Origin: Auanema rhodensis
Lineage: Eukaryota > Animalia > Nematoda
Assembly (NCBI GenBank): GCA_964057225.1
Contig: OZ059897.1
Span: 22,382,001 to 22,446,000, forward strand
DNA: 64,000 bases
Direction of reading: 5' to 3'
Part shown: positions 25,501-40,300 of the stretch, piece after piece
Position numbering within the stretch: the first letter of the stretch is position 1
Layout: every line of letters starts with the position of its first letter
Position numbers and translations under genes: made by a program
Notes under the pieces: model-generated
The model's input: the letters and a program-made list of their open reading frames with translations, nothing else
Told to the model about the DNA's origin: nothing
The model's database searches: none

Positions 25501-28500
25501 ATCACGTGTACATTTAATTAGCATAAATTAAAGTTCACGTAAATTTCAAAGTCATGGTTACCATGCACCAATATCAATAAAAATTTGTTTTTAGACTAAT
25601 ATGGACATGGGGAATCTAATTTTGAAAACCGCATCTCTTTATCTTTCACGTGAAGCGAGTTACATACCAAGTGCACATCACGTGTACATTTAATTAGCAT
25701 AAATTAAAGTTCACGTAAATTTCAAAGTCATGGTTACCATGAACCAATATCAATAAAAATTTGTTTTTAGACTAATATGGACATGGGGAATCTAATTTTG
25801 AAAACTGCATCTCTTTATCTTTCACGTGAAGCGAGTTACATACCAAGTGCACATCACGTGTACATTTAATTAGCATAAATTAAAGTTCACGTAAATTTCA
25901 AAGTCATGGTTACCATGAACCAATATCAATAAAAATTTGTTTTTAGACTAATATGGACATGGGGAATCTAATTTTGAAAACCGCATCTCTTTATCTTTCA
26001 CGTGAAGCGAGTTACATACCAAGTGCACATCACGTGTACATTTAATTAGCATAAATTAAAGTTCACGTAAATTTCAAAGTCATGGTTACCATGAACCAAT
26101 ATCAATAAAAATTTGTTTTTAGACTAATATGGACATGGGGAATCTAATTTTGAAAACCGCATTTCTTTATCTTTCACGTGAAGCGAGTTACATACCAAGT
26201 GCACATCACGTGTACATTTAATTAGCATAAATTAAAGTTCACGTAAATTTCAAAGTCATGGTTACCATGCACCAATATCAATAAAAATTTGTTTTTAGAC
26301 TAATATGGACATGGGGAATCTAATTTTGAAAACCGCATCTCTTTATCTTTCACGTGAAGCGAGTTACATACCAAGTGCACATCACGTGTACATTTAATTA
26401 GCATAAATTAAAGTTCACGTAAATTTCAAAGTCATGGTTACCATGAACCAATATCAATAAAAATTTGTTTATAGACTAATATGGACATGGGGAATCTAAT
26501 TTTGAAAACCGCATCTCTTTATCTTTCACGTGAAGCGAGTTACATACCAAGTGCACATCACGTGTACATTTAATTAGCATAAATTAAAGTTTACGTAAAT
26601 TTCAAAGTCATGGTTACCATGAACCAATATCAATAAAAATTTGTTTTTAGACTAATATGGACATGGGGAATCTAATTTTGAAAACCGCATCTCTTTATCT
26701 TTCACGTGAAGCGAGTTACATACCAAGTGCACATCACGTGTACATTTAATTAGCATAAATTAAAGTTCACGTAAATTTCAAAGTCATGGTTACCATGAAG
26801 CAATATCAATAAAAATTTGTTTTTAGACTAATATGGACATGGGGAATCTAATTTTGAAAACCGCATCTCTTTATCTTTCACGTGAAGCGAGTTACATACC
26901 AAGTGCACATCACGTGTACATTTAATTAGCATAAATTAAAGTTCACGTAAATTTCAAAGTCATGGTTACCATGCACCAATATCAATAAAAATTTGTTTTT
27001 AGACTAATATGGACATGGGAAATCTAATTTTGAAAACCGCATCTCTTTATCTTTCACGTGAAGCGAGTTACATACCAAGTGCACATCACGTGTACATTTA
27101 ATAAGCATAAATTAAAGTTCACGTAAATTTCAAAGTCATGGTTACCATGAACCAATATCAATAAAAATTTGTTTTTAGACTAATATGGACATGGGGAATC
27201 TAATTTTGAAAACCGCATCTCTTTATCTTTCACGTGAAGCGAGTTACATACCAAGTGCACATCACGTGTACATTTAATTAGCATAAATTAAAGTTCACGT
27301 AAATTTCAAAGTCATGGTTACCATGAAGCAATATCAATAAAAATTTGTTTTTAGACTAATATGGACATGGGGAATCTAATTTTGAAAACCGAATCTCTTT
27401 ATATTTCACGTGAAGCGAGTTACATACCAAGTGCACATCACGTGTACATTTAATTAGCATAAATTAAAGTTCACGTAAATTTCAAAGTCATGGTTACCAT
27501 GAACCAATATCAATAAAAATTTGTTTTTAGACTAATATGGACATGGGGAATCTAATTTTGAAAACCGCATCTCTTTATCTTTCACGTGAAGCGAGTTACA
27601 TACCAAGTGCACATCACGTGTACATTTAATTAGCATAAATTAAAGTTCACGTAAATTTCAAAGTCATGGTTACCATGCACCAATATCAATAAAAATTTGT
27701 TTTTAGACTAATATGGACATGGGGAATCTAATTTTGAAAACCGCATCTCTTTATCTTTCACGTGAAGCGAGTTACATACCAAGTGCACATCACGTGTACA
27801 TTTAATTAGCATAAATTAAAGTTCACGTAAATTTCAAAGTCATGGTTACCATGAACCAATATCAATAAAAATTTGTTTTTAGACTAATATGGACATGGGG
27901 AATCTAATTTTGAAAACTGCATCTCTTTATCTTTCACGTGAAGCGAGTTACATACCAAGTGCACATCACGTGTACATTTAATTAGCATAAATTAAAGTTC
28001 ACGTAAATTTCAAAGTCATGGTTACCATGAACCAATATCAATAAAAATTTGTTTTTAGACTAATATGGACATGGGGAATCTAATTTTGAAAACCGCATCT
28101 CTTTATCTTTCACGTGAAGCGAGTTACATACCAAGTGCACATCACGTGTACATTTAATTAGCATAAATTAAAGTTCACGTAAATTTCAAAGTCATGGTTA
28201 CCATGAACCAATATCAATAAAAATTTGTTTTTAGACTAATATGGACATGGGGAATCTAATTTTGAAAACCGCATTTCTTTATCTTTCACGTGAAGCGAGT
28301 TACATACCAAGTGCACATCACGTGTACATTTAATTAGCATAAATTAAAGTTCACGTAAATTTCAAAGTCATGGTTACCATGCACCAATATCAATAAAAAT
28401 TTGTTTTTAGACTAATATGGACATGGGGAATCTAATTTTGAAAACCGCATCTCTTTATCTTTCACGTGAAGCGAGTTACATACCAAGTGCACATCACGTG

Positions 28501-28512
28501 TACATTTAATTA
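22529..28512. repeat. Local 12-monomer (2112-bp) higher-order repeat, about 2.8 copies
   Basis: C48G+C112A+C123A monomers start at 23057, 25169 and 27281. A46C+G92A monomers start at 22705, 24817 and 26929. C115T monomers start at 23937, 26049 and 28161. All are spaced 2112 bp apart. Confidence 0.9.
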
Positions 28513-31500
28513 GCATAAATTAAAGTTCACGTAAATTTCAAAGTCATGGTTACCATGAACCAATATCAATAAAAATTTGTTTTTAGACTAATATGGACAT
28601 GGGGAATCTAATTTTGAAAACCGCATCTCTTTATCTTTCACGTGAAGCGAGTTACATACCAAGTGCACATCACGTGTACATTTAATTAGCATAAATTAAA
28701 GTTCACGTAAATTTCAAAGTCATGGTTACCATGAACCAATATCAATAAAAATTTGTTTTTAGACTAATATGGACATGGGGAATCTAATTTTGAAAACCGC
28801 ATTTCTTTATCTTTCACGTGAAGCGAGTTACATACCAAGTGCACATCACGTGTACATTTAATTAGCATAAATTAAAGTTCACGTAAATTTCAAAGTCATG
28901 GTTACCATGCACCAATATCAATAAAAATTTGTTTTTAGACTAATATGGACATGGGGAATCTAATTTTGAAAACCGCATCTCTTTATCTTTCACGTGAAGC
29001 GAGTTACATACCAAGTGCACATCACGTGTACATTTAATTAGCATAAATTAAAGTTCACGTAAACTTCAAAGTCATGGTTACCATGAAGCAATATCAATAA
29101 AAATTTGTTTTTAGACTAATATGGACATGGGGAATCTAATTTTGAAAACCGCATTTCTTTATCTTTCACGTGAAGCGAGTTACATACCAAGTGCACATCA
29201 CGTGTACATTTAATTAGCATAAATTAAAGTTCACGTAAATTTCAAAGTCATGGTTACCATGAACCAATATCAATAAAAATTTGTTTTTAGACTAATATGG
29301 ACATGGGGAATCTAATTTTGAAAACCGCATCTCTTTATCTTTCACGTGAAGCGAGTTACATACCAAGTGCACATCACGTGTACATTTAATTAGCATAAAT
29401 TAAAGTTCACGTAAATTTCAAAGTCATGGTTACCATGCACCAATATCAATAAAAATTTGTTTTTAGACTAATATGGACATGGGGAATCTAATTTTGAAAA
29501 CCGCATCTCTTTATCTTTCACGTGAAGCGAGTTACATACCAAGTGCACATCACGTGTACATTTAATTAGCATAAATTAAAGTTCACGTAAATTTCAAAGT
29601 CATGGTTACCATGCACCAATATCAATAAAAATTTGTTTTTAGACTAATATGGACATGGGGAATCTAATTTTGAAAACCGCATCTCTTTATCTTTCACGTG
29701 AAGCGAGTTACATACCAAGTGCACATCACGTGTACATTTAATTAGCATAAATTAAAGTTCACGTAAATTTCAAAGTCATGGTTACCATGAACCAATATCA
29801 ATAAAAATTTGTTTTTAGACTAATATGGACATGGGGAATCTAATTTTGAAAACTGCATCTCTTTATCTTTCACGTGAAGCGAGTTACATACCAAGTGCAC
29901 ATCACGTGTACATTTAATTAGCATAAATTAAAGTTCACGTAAATTTCAAAGTCATGGTTACCATGAACCAATATCAATAAAAATTTGTTTTTAGACTAAT
30001 ATGGACATGGGGAATCTAATTTTGAAAACCGCATCTCTTTATCTTTCACGTGAAGCGAGTTACATACCAAGTGCACATCACGTGTACATTTAATTAGCAT
30101 AAATTAAAGTTCACGTAAATTTCAAAGTCATGGTTACCATGAACCAATATCAATAAAAATTTGTTTTTAGACTAATATGGACATGGGGAATCTAATTTTG
30201 AAAACCGCATCTCTTTATCTTTCACGTGAAGCGAGTTACATACCAAGTGCACATCACGTGTACATTTAATTAGCATAAATTAAAGTTCACGTAAATTTCA
30301 AAGTCATGGTTACCATGCACCAATATCAATAAAAATTTGTTTTTAGACTAATATGGACATGGGGAATCTAATTTTGAAAACCGCATCTCTTTATCTTTCA
30401 CGTGAAGCGAGTTACATACCAAGTGCACATCACGTGTACATTTAATTAGCATAAATTAAAGTTCACGTAAATTTCAAAGTCATGGTTACCATGAACCAAT
30501 ATCAATAAAAATTTGTTTTTAGACTAATATGGACATGGGGAATCTAATTTTGAAAACTGCATCTCTTTATCTTTCACGTGAAGCGAGTTACATACCAAGT
30601 GCACATCACGTGTACATTTAATTAGCATAAATTAAAGTTCACGTAAATTTCAAAGTCATGGTTACCATGAACCAATATCAATAAAAATTTGTTTTTAGAC
30701 TAATATGGACATGGGGAATCTAATTTTGAAAACCGCATCTCTTTATCTTTCACGTGAAGCGAGTTACATACCAAGTGCACATCACGTGTACATTTAATTA
30801 GCATAAATTAAAGTTCACGTAAATTTCAAAGTCATGGTTACCATGCACCAATATCAATAAAAATTTGTTTTTAGACTAATATGGACATGGGGAATCTAAT
30901 TTTGAAAACCGCATCTCTTTATCTTTCACGTGAAGCGATTTACATACCAAGTGCACATCACGTGTACATTTAATTAGCATAAATTAAAGTTTACGTAAAT
31001 TTCAAAGTCATGGTTACCATGAACCAATATCAATAAAAATTTGTTTTTAGACTAATATGGACATGGGGAATCTAATTTTGAAAACCGCATCTCTTTATCT
31101 TTCACGTGAAGCGAGTTACATACCAAGTGCACATCACGTGTACATTTAATTAGCATAAATTAAAGTTCACGTAAATTTCAAAGTCATGGTTACCATGAAG
31201 CAATATCAATAAAAATTTGTTTTTAGACTAATATGGACATGGGGAATCTAATTTTGAAAACCGCATCTCTTTATCTTTCACGTGAAGCGAGTTACATACC
31301 AAGTGCACATCACGTGTACATTTAATTAGCATAAATTAAAGTTCACGTAAATTTCAAAGTCATGGTTACCATGAACCAATATCAATAAAAATTTGTTTTT
31401 AGACTAATATGGACATGGGGAATCTAATTTTGAAAACCGCATCTCTTTATCTTTCACGTGAAGCGAGTTACATACCAAGTGCACATCACGTGTACATTTA

Positions 31501-31680
31501 ATTAGCATAAATTAAAGTTCACGTAAACTTCAAAGTCATGGTTACCATGAAGCAATATCAATAAAAATTTGTTTTTAGACTAATATGGACATGGGGAATC
31601 TAATTTTGAAAACCGCATCTCTTTATCTTTCACGTGAAGCGAGTTACATACCAAGTGCACATCACGTGTACATTTAATTA

Positions 31681-34600
31681 GCATAAATTAAAGTTCACGT
31701 AAATTTCAAAGTCATGGTTACCATGAAGCAATATCAATAAAAATTTGTTTTTAGACTAATATGGATATGGGGAATCTAATTTTGAAAACCGCATCTCTTT
31801 ATCTTTCACGTGAAGCGAGTTACATACCAAGTGCACATCACGTGTACATTTAATTAGCATAAATTAAAGTTCACGTAAATTTCAAAGTCATGGTTACCAT
31901 GAACCAATATCAATAAAAATTTGTTTTTAGACTAATATGGACATGGGGAATCTAGTTTTGAAAACCGCATCTCTTTATCTTTCACGTGAAGCGAGTTACA
32001 TACCAAGTGCACATCACGTGTACATTTAATTAGCATAAATTAAAGTTCACGTAAATTTCAAAGTCATGGTTACCATGAACCAATATCAATAAAAATTTGT
32101 TTTTAGACTAATATGGACATGGGGAATCTAATTTTGAAAACCGCATCTCTTTATCTTTCACGTGAAGCGAGTTACATACCAAGTGCACATCACGTGTACA
32201 TTTAATTAGCATAAATTAAAGTTCACGTAAATTTCAAAGTCATGGTTACCATGCACCAATATCAATAAAAATTTGTTTTTAGACTAATATGGACATGGGG
32301 AATCTAATTTTGAAAACCGCATCTCTTTATCTTTCACGTGAAGCGAGTTACATACCAAGTGCACATCACGTGTACATTTAATTAACATAAATTAAAGTTC
32401 ACGTAAATTTCAAAGTCATGGTTACCATGAACTAATATCAATAAAAATTTGTTTTTAGACTAATATGGACATGGGGAATCTAATTTTGAAAACCGCATCT
32501 CTTTATCTTTCACGTGAAGCGAGTTACATACCAAGTGCACATCACGTGTACATTTAATTAGCATAAATTAAAGTTCACGTAAATTTCAAAGTCATGGTTA
32601 CCATGAAGCAATATCAATAAAAATTTGTTTTTAGACTAATATGGACATGGGGAATCTAATTTTGAAAACCGCATCTCTTTATCTTTCACGTGAAGCGAGT
32701 TACATACCAAGTGCACATCACGTGTACATTTAATTAGCATAAATTAAAGTTCACGTAAATTTCAAAGTCATGGTTACCATGAAGCAATATCAATAAAAAT
32801 TTGTTTTTAGACTAATATGGACATGGGGAATCTAATTTTGAAAACCGCATCTCTTTATCTTTCACGTGAAGCGAGTTACATACCAAGTGCACATCACGTG
32901 TACATTTAATTAGCATAAATTAAAGTTCACGTAAATTTCAAAGTCATGGTTACCATGAACCAATATCAATAAAAATTTGTTTTTAGACTAATATGGACAT
33001 GGGGAATCTAATTTTGAAAACCGCATTTCTTTATCTTTCACGTGAAGCGAGTTACATACCAAGTGCACATCACGTGTACATTTAATTAGCATAAATTAAA
33101 GTTCACGTAAATTTCAAAGTCATGGTTACCATGAACCAATATCAATAAAAATTTGTTTTTAGACTAATATGGACATGGGGAATCTAATTTTGAAAACCGC
33201 ATTTCTTTATCTTTCACGTGAAGCGAGTTACATACCAAGTGCACATCACGTGTACATTTAATTAGCATAAATTAAAGTTCACGTAAATTTCAAAGTCATG
33301 GTTACCATGCACCAATATCAATAAAAATTTGTTTTTAGACTAATATGGACATGGGGAATCTAATTTTGAAAACCGCATCTCTTTATCTTTCACGTGAAGC
33401 GAGTTACATACCAAGTGCACATCACGTGTACATTTAATTAGCATAAATTAAAGTTCACGTAAATTTCAAAGTCATGGTTACCATGAACCAATATCAATAA
33501 AAATTTGTTTTTAGACTAATATGGACATGGGGAATCTAATTTTGAAAACTGCATCTCTTTATCTTTCACGTGAAGCGAGTTACACACCAAGTGCACATCA
33601 CGTGTACATTTAATTAGCATAAATTAAAGTTCACGTAAATTTCAAAGTCATGGTTACCATGAACCAATATCAATAAAAATTTGTTTTTAGACTAATATGG
33701 ACATGGGGAATCTAATTTTGAAAACCGCATCTCTTTATCTTTCACGTGAAGCGAGTTACATACCAAGTGCACATCACGTGTACATTTAATTAGCATAAAT
33801 TAAAGTTCACGTAAATTTCAAAGTCATGGTTACCATGAAGCAATATCAATAAAAATTTGTTTTTAGACTAATATGGATATGGGGAATCTAATTTTGAAAA
33901 CCGCATCTCTTTATCTTTCACGTGAAGCGAGTTACATACCAAGTGCACATCACGTGTACATTTAATTAGCATAAATTAAAGTTCACGTAAATTTCAAAGT
34001 CATGGTTACCATGAACCAATATCAATAAAAATTTGTTTTTAGACTAATATGGACATGGGGAATCTAGTTTTGAAAACCGCATCTCTTTATCTTTCACGTG
34101 AAGCGAGTTACATACCAAGTGCACATCACGTGTACATTTAATTAGCATAAATTAAAGTTCACGTAAATTTCAAAGTCATGGTTACCATGAACCAATATCA
34201 ATAAAAATTTGTTTTTAGACTAATATGGACATGGGGAATCTAATTTTGAAAACCGCATCTCTTTATCTTTCACGTGAAGCGAGTTACATACCAAGTGCAC
34301 ATCACGTGTACATTTAATTAGCATAAATTAAAGTTCACGTAAATTTCAAAGTCATGGTTACCATGCACCAATATCAATAAAAATTTGTTTTTAGACTAAT
34401 ATGGACATGGGGAATCTAATTTTGAAAACCGCATCTCTTTATCTTTCACGTGAAGCGAGTTACATACCAAGTGCACATCACGTGTACATTTAATTAACAT
34501 AAATTAAAGTTCACGTAAATTTCAAAGTCATGGTTACCATGAACTAATATCAATAAAAATTTGTTTTTAGACTAATATGGACATGGGGAATCTAATTTTG

Positions 34601-35728
34601 AAAACCGCATCTCTTTATCTTTCACGTGAAGCGAGTTACATACCAAGTGCACATCACGTGTACATTTAATTAGCATAAATTAAAGTTCACGTAAATTTCA
34701 AAGTCATGGTTACCATGAAGCAATATCAATAAAAATTTGTTTTTAGACTAATATGGACATGGGGAATCTAATTTTGAAAACCGCATCTCTTTATCTTTCA
34801 CGTGAAGCGAGTTACATACCAAGTGCACATCACGTGTACATTTAATTAGCATAAATTAAAGTTCACGTAAATTTCAAAGTCATGGTTACCATGAACCAAT
34901 ATCAATAAAAATTTGTTTTTAGACTAATATGGACATGGGGAATCTAATTTTGAAAACCGCATTTCTTTATCTTTCACGTGAAGCGAGTTACATACCAAGT
35001 GCACATCACGTGTACATTTAATTAGCATAAATTAAAGTTCACGTAAATTTCAAAGTCATGGTTACCATGAACCAATATCAATAAAAATTTGTTTTTAGAC
35101 TAATATGGACATGGGGAATCTAATTTTGAAAACCGCATTTCTTTATCTTTCACGTGAAGCGAGTTACATACCAAGTGCACATCACGTGTACATTTAATTA
35201 GCATAAATTAAAGTTCACGTAAATTTCAAAGTCATGGTTACCATGCACCAATATCAATAAAAATTTGTTTTTAGACTAATATGGACATGGGGAATCTAAT
35301 TTTGAAAACCGCATCTCTTTATCTTTCACGTGAAGCGAGTTACATACCAAGTGCACATCACGTGTACATTTAATTAGCATAAATTAAAGTTCACGTAAAT
35401 TTCAAAGTCATGGTTACCATGAACCAATATCAATAAAAATTTGTTTTTAGACTAATATGGACATGGGGAATCTAATTTTGAAAACTGCATCTCTTTATCT
35501 TTCACGTGAAGCGAGTTACACACCAAGTGCACATCACGTGTACATTTAATTAGCATAAATTAAAGTTCACGTAAATTTCAAAGTCATGGTTACCATGAAC
35601 CAATATCAATAAAAATTTGTTTTTAGACTAATATGGACATGGGGAATCTAATTTTGAAAACCGCATCTCTTTATCTTTCACGTGAAGCGAGTTACATACC
35701 AAGTGCACATCACGTGTACATTTAATTA
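31681..35728. repeat. Tandem 12-mer/11-mer duplication
   Basis: The order [C48G+C86T][A99G][cons][A46C][G1A+C49T][C48G]x2 or x1[C115T]x2[A46C][C110T+T145C][cons] occurs at 31681-33792 and 33793-35728. The second copy has one fewer C48G monomer. Confidence 0.88.
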
Positions 35729-37312
35729 GCATAAATTAAAGTTCACGTAAATTTCAAAGTCATGGTTACCATGAACCAATATCAATAAAAATTTGTTTAT
35801 AGACTAATATGGACATGGGGAATCTAATTTTGAAAACCGCATCTCTTTATCTTTCACGTGAAGCGAGTTACATACCAAGTGCACATCACGTGTACATTTA
35901 ATTAGCATAAATTAAAGTTCACGTAAATTTCAAAGTCATGGTTACCATGAACCAATATCAATAAAAATTTGTTTTTAGACTAATATGGACATGGGGAATC
36001 TAATTTTGAAAACCGCATCTCTTTATCTTTCACGTGAAGCGAGTTACATACCAAGTGCACATCACGTGTACATTTAATTAGCATAAATTAAAGTTCACGT
36101 AAATTTCAAAGTCATGGTTACCATGAACCAATATCAATAAAAATTTGTTTATAGACTAATATGGACATGGGGAATCTAATTTTGAAAACCGCATCTCTTT
36201 ATCTTTCACGTGAAGCGAGTTACATACCAAGTGCACATCACGTGTACATTTAATTAGCATAAATTAAAGTTCACGTAAATTTCAAAGTCATGGTTACCAT
36301 GAACCAATATCAATAAAAATTTGTTTTTAGACTAATATGGACATGGGGAATCTAATTTTGAAAACCGCATCTCTTTATCTTTCACGTGAAGCGAGTTACA
36401 TACCAAGTGCACATCACGTGTACATTTAATTAGCATAAATTAAAGTTCACGTAAATTTCAAAGTCATGGTTACCATGAACCAATATCAATAAAAATTTGT
36501 TTTTAGACTAATATGGACATGGGGAATCTAATTTTGAAAACCGCATCTCTTTATCTTTCACGTGAAGCGAGTTACATACCAAGTGCACATCACGTGTACA
36601 TTTAATTAGCATAAATTAAAGTTCACGTAAATTTCAAAGTCATGGTTACCATGAACCAATATCAATAAAAATTTGTTTTTAGACTAATATGGACATGGGG
36701 AATCTAATTTTGAAAACCGCATCTCTTTATCTTTCACGTGAAGCGAGTTACATACCAAGTGCACATCACGTGTACATTTAATTAGCATAAATTAAAGTTC
36801 ACGTAAATTTCAAAGTCATGGTTACCATGAACCAATATCAATAAAAATTTGTTTTTAGACTAATATGGACATGGGGAATCTAATTTTGAAAACCGCATCT
36901 CTTTATCTTTCACGTGAAGCGAGTTACATACCAAGTGCACATCACGTGTACATTTAATTAGCATAAATTAAAGTTCACGTAAATTTCAAAGTCATGGTTA
37001 CCATGAACCAATATCAATAAAAATTTGTTTTTAGACTAATATGGACATGGGGAATCTAATTTTGAAAACCGCATCTCTTTATCTTTCACGTGAAGCGAGT
37101 TACATACCAAGTGCACATCACGTGTACATTTAATTAGCATAAATTAAAGTTCACGTAAATTTCAAAGTCATGGTTACCATGCACCAATATCAATAAAAAT
37201 TTGTTTTTAGACTAATATGGACATGGGGAATCTAATTTTAAAAACTGCATCTCTTTATCTTTCACGTGAAGCGAGTTACATACCAAGTGCACATCACGTG
37301 TACATTTAATTA

Positions 37313-40300
37313 GCATAAATTAAAGTTCACGTAAACTTCAAAGTCATGGTTACCATGAACCAATATCAATAAAAATTTGTTTATAGACTAATATGGACAT
37401 GGGGAATCTAATTTTGAAAACCGCATCTCTTTATCTTTCACGTGAAGCGAGTTACATACCAAGTGCACATCACGTGTACATTTAATTAGCATAAATTAAA
37501 GTTTACGTAAATTTCAAAGTCATGGTTACCATGAACCAATATCAATAAAAATTTGTTTTTAGACTAATATGGACATGGGGAATCTAATTTTGAAAACCGC
37601 ATCTCTTTATCTTTCACGTGAAGCGAGTTACATACCAAGTGCACATCACGTGTACATTTAATTAGCATAAATTAAAGTTCACGTAAACTTCAAAGTCATG
37701 GTTACCATGAAGCAATATCAATAAAAATTTGTTTTTAGACTAATATGGACATGGGGAATCTAATTTTGAAAACCGCATCTCTTTATCTTTCACGTGAAGC
37801 GAGTTACATACCAAGTGCACATCACGTGTACATTTAATTAGCATAAATTAAAGTTCACGTAAATTTCAAAGTCATGGTTACCATGAAGCAATATCAATAA
37901 AAATTTGTTTTTAGACTAATATGGACATGGGGAATCTAATTTTGAAAACTGCATCTCTTTATCTTTCACGTGAAGCGAGTTACATACCAAGTGCACATCA
38001 CGTGTACATTTAATTAGCATAAATTAAAGTTCACGTAAATTTCAAAGTCATGGTTACCATGAACCAATATCAATAAAAATTTGTTTTTAGACTAATATGG
38101 ACATGGGGAATCTAATTTTGAAAACCGCATCTCTTTATCTTTCACGTGAAGCGAGTTACATACCAAGTGCACATCACGTGTACATTTAATTAGCATAAAT
38201 TAAAGTTCACGTAAATTTCAAAGTCATGGTTACCATGCACCAATATCAATAAAAATTTGTTTTTAGACTAATATGGACATGGGGAATCTAATTTTGAAAA
38301 CTGCATCTCTTTATCTTTCACGTGAAGCGAGTTACATACCAAGTGCACATCACGTGTACATTTAATTAGCATAAATTAAAGTTCACGTAAACTTCAAAGT
38401 CATGGTTACCATGAACCAATATCAATAAAAATTTGTTTATAGACTAATATGGACATGGGGAATCTAATTTTGAAAACCGCATCTCTTTATCTTTCACGTG
38501 AAGCGAGTTACATACCAAGTGCACATCACGTGTACATTTAATTAGCATAAATTAAAGTTTACGTAAATTTCAAAGTCATGGTTACCATGAACCAATATCA
38601 ATAAAAATTTGTTTTTAGACTAATATGGACATGGGGAATCTAATTTTGAAAACCGCATCTCTTTATCTTTCACGTGAAGCGAGTTACATACCAAGTGCAC
38701 ATCACGTGTACATTTAATTAGCATAAATTAAAGTTCACGTAAATTTCAAAGTCATGGTTACCATGAAGCAATATCAATAAAAATTTGTTTTTAGACTAAT
38801 ATGGACATGGGGAATCTAATTTTGAAAACCGCATCTCTTTATCTTTCACGTGAAGCGAGTTACATACCAAGTGCACATCACGTGTACATTTAATTAGCAT
38901 AAATTAAAGTTCACGTAAATTTCAAAGTCATGGTTACCATGCACCAATATCAATAAAAATTTGTTTTTAGACTAATATGGACATGGGGAATCTAATTTTG
39001 AAAACTGCATCTCTTTATCTTTCACGTGAAGCGAGTTACATACCAAGTGCACATCACGTGTACATTTAATTAGCATAAATTAAAGTTCACGTAAATTTCA
39101 AAGTCATGGTTACCATGAACCAATATCAATAAAAAATTTGTTTTTAGACTAATATGGACATGGGGAATCTAATTTTGAAAACCGCATCTCTTTATCTTTC
39201 ACGTGAAGCGAGTTACATACCAAGTGCACATCACGTGTACATTTAATTAGCATAAATTAAAGTTCACGTAAATTTCAAAGTCATGGTTACCATGCACCAA
39301 TATCAATAAAAATTTGTTTTTAGACTAATATGGACATGGGGAATCTAATTTTGAAAACTGCATCTCTTTATCTTTCACGTGAAGCGAGTTACATACCAAG
39401 TGCACATCACGTGTACATTTAATTAGCATAAATTAAAGTTCACGTAAACTTCAAAGTCATGGTTACCATGAACCAATATCAATAAAAATTTGTTTATAGA
39501 CTAATATGGACATGGGGAATCTAATTTTGAAAACCGCATCTCTTTATCTTTCACGTGAAGCGAGTTACATACCAAGTGCACATCACGTGTACATTTAATT
39601 AGCATAAATTAAAGTTTACGTAAATTTCAAAGTCATGGTTACCATGAACCAATATCAATAAAAATTTGTTTTTAGACTAATATGGACATGGGGAATCTAA
39701 TTTTGAAAACCGCATCTCTTTATCTTTCACGTGAAGCGAGTTACATACCAAGTGCACATCACGTGTACATTTAATTAGCATAAATTAAAGTTCACGTAAA
39801 CTTCAAAGTCATGGTTACCATGAAGCAATATCAATAAAAATTTGTTTTTAGACTAATATGGACTTGGGGAATCTAATTTTGAAAACCGCATCTCTTTATC
39901 TTTCACGTGAAGCGAGTTACATACCAAGTGCACATCACGTGTACATTTAATTAGCATAAATTAAAGTTCACGTAAATTTCAAAGTCATGGTTACCATGAA
40001 GCAATATCAATAAAAATTTGTTTTTAGACTAATATGGACATGGGGAATCTAATTTTGAAAACCGCATCTCTTTATCTTTCACGTGAAGCGAGTTACATAC
40101 CAAGTGCACATCACGTGTACATTTAATTAGCATAAATTAAAGTTCACGTAAATTTCAAAGTCATGGTTACCATGCACCAATATCAATAAAAATTTGTTTT
40201 TAGACTAATATGGACATGGGAAATCTAATTTTGAAAACCGCATCTCTTTATCTTTCACGTGAAGCGAGTTACATACCAAGTGCACATCACGTGTACATTT

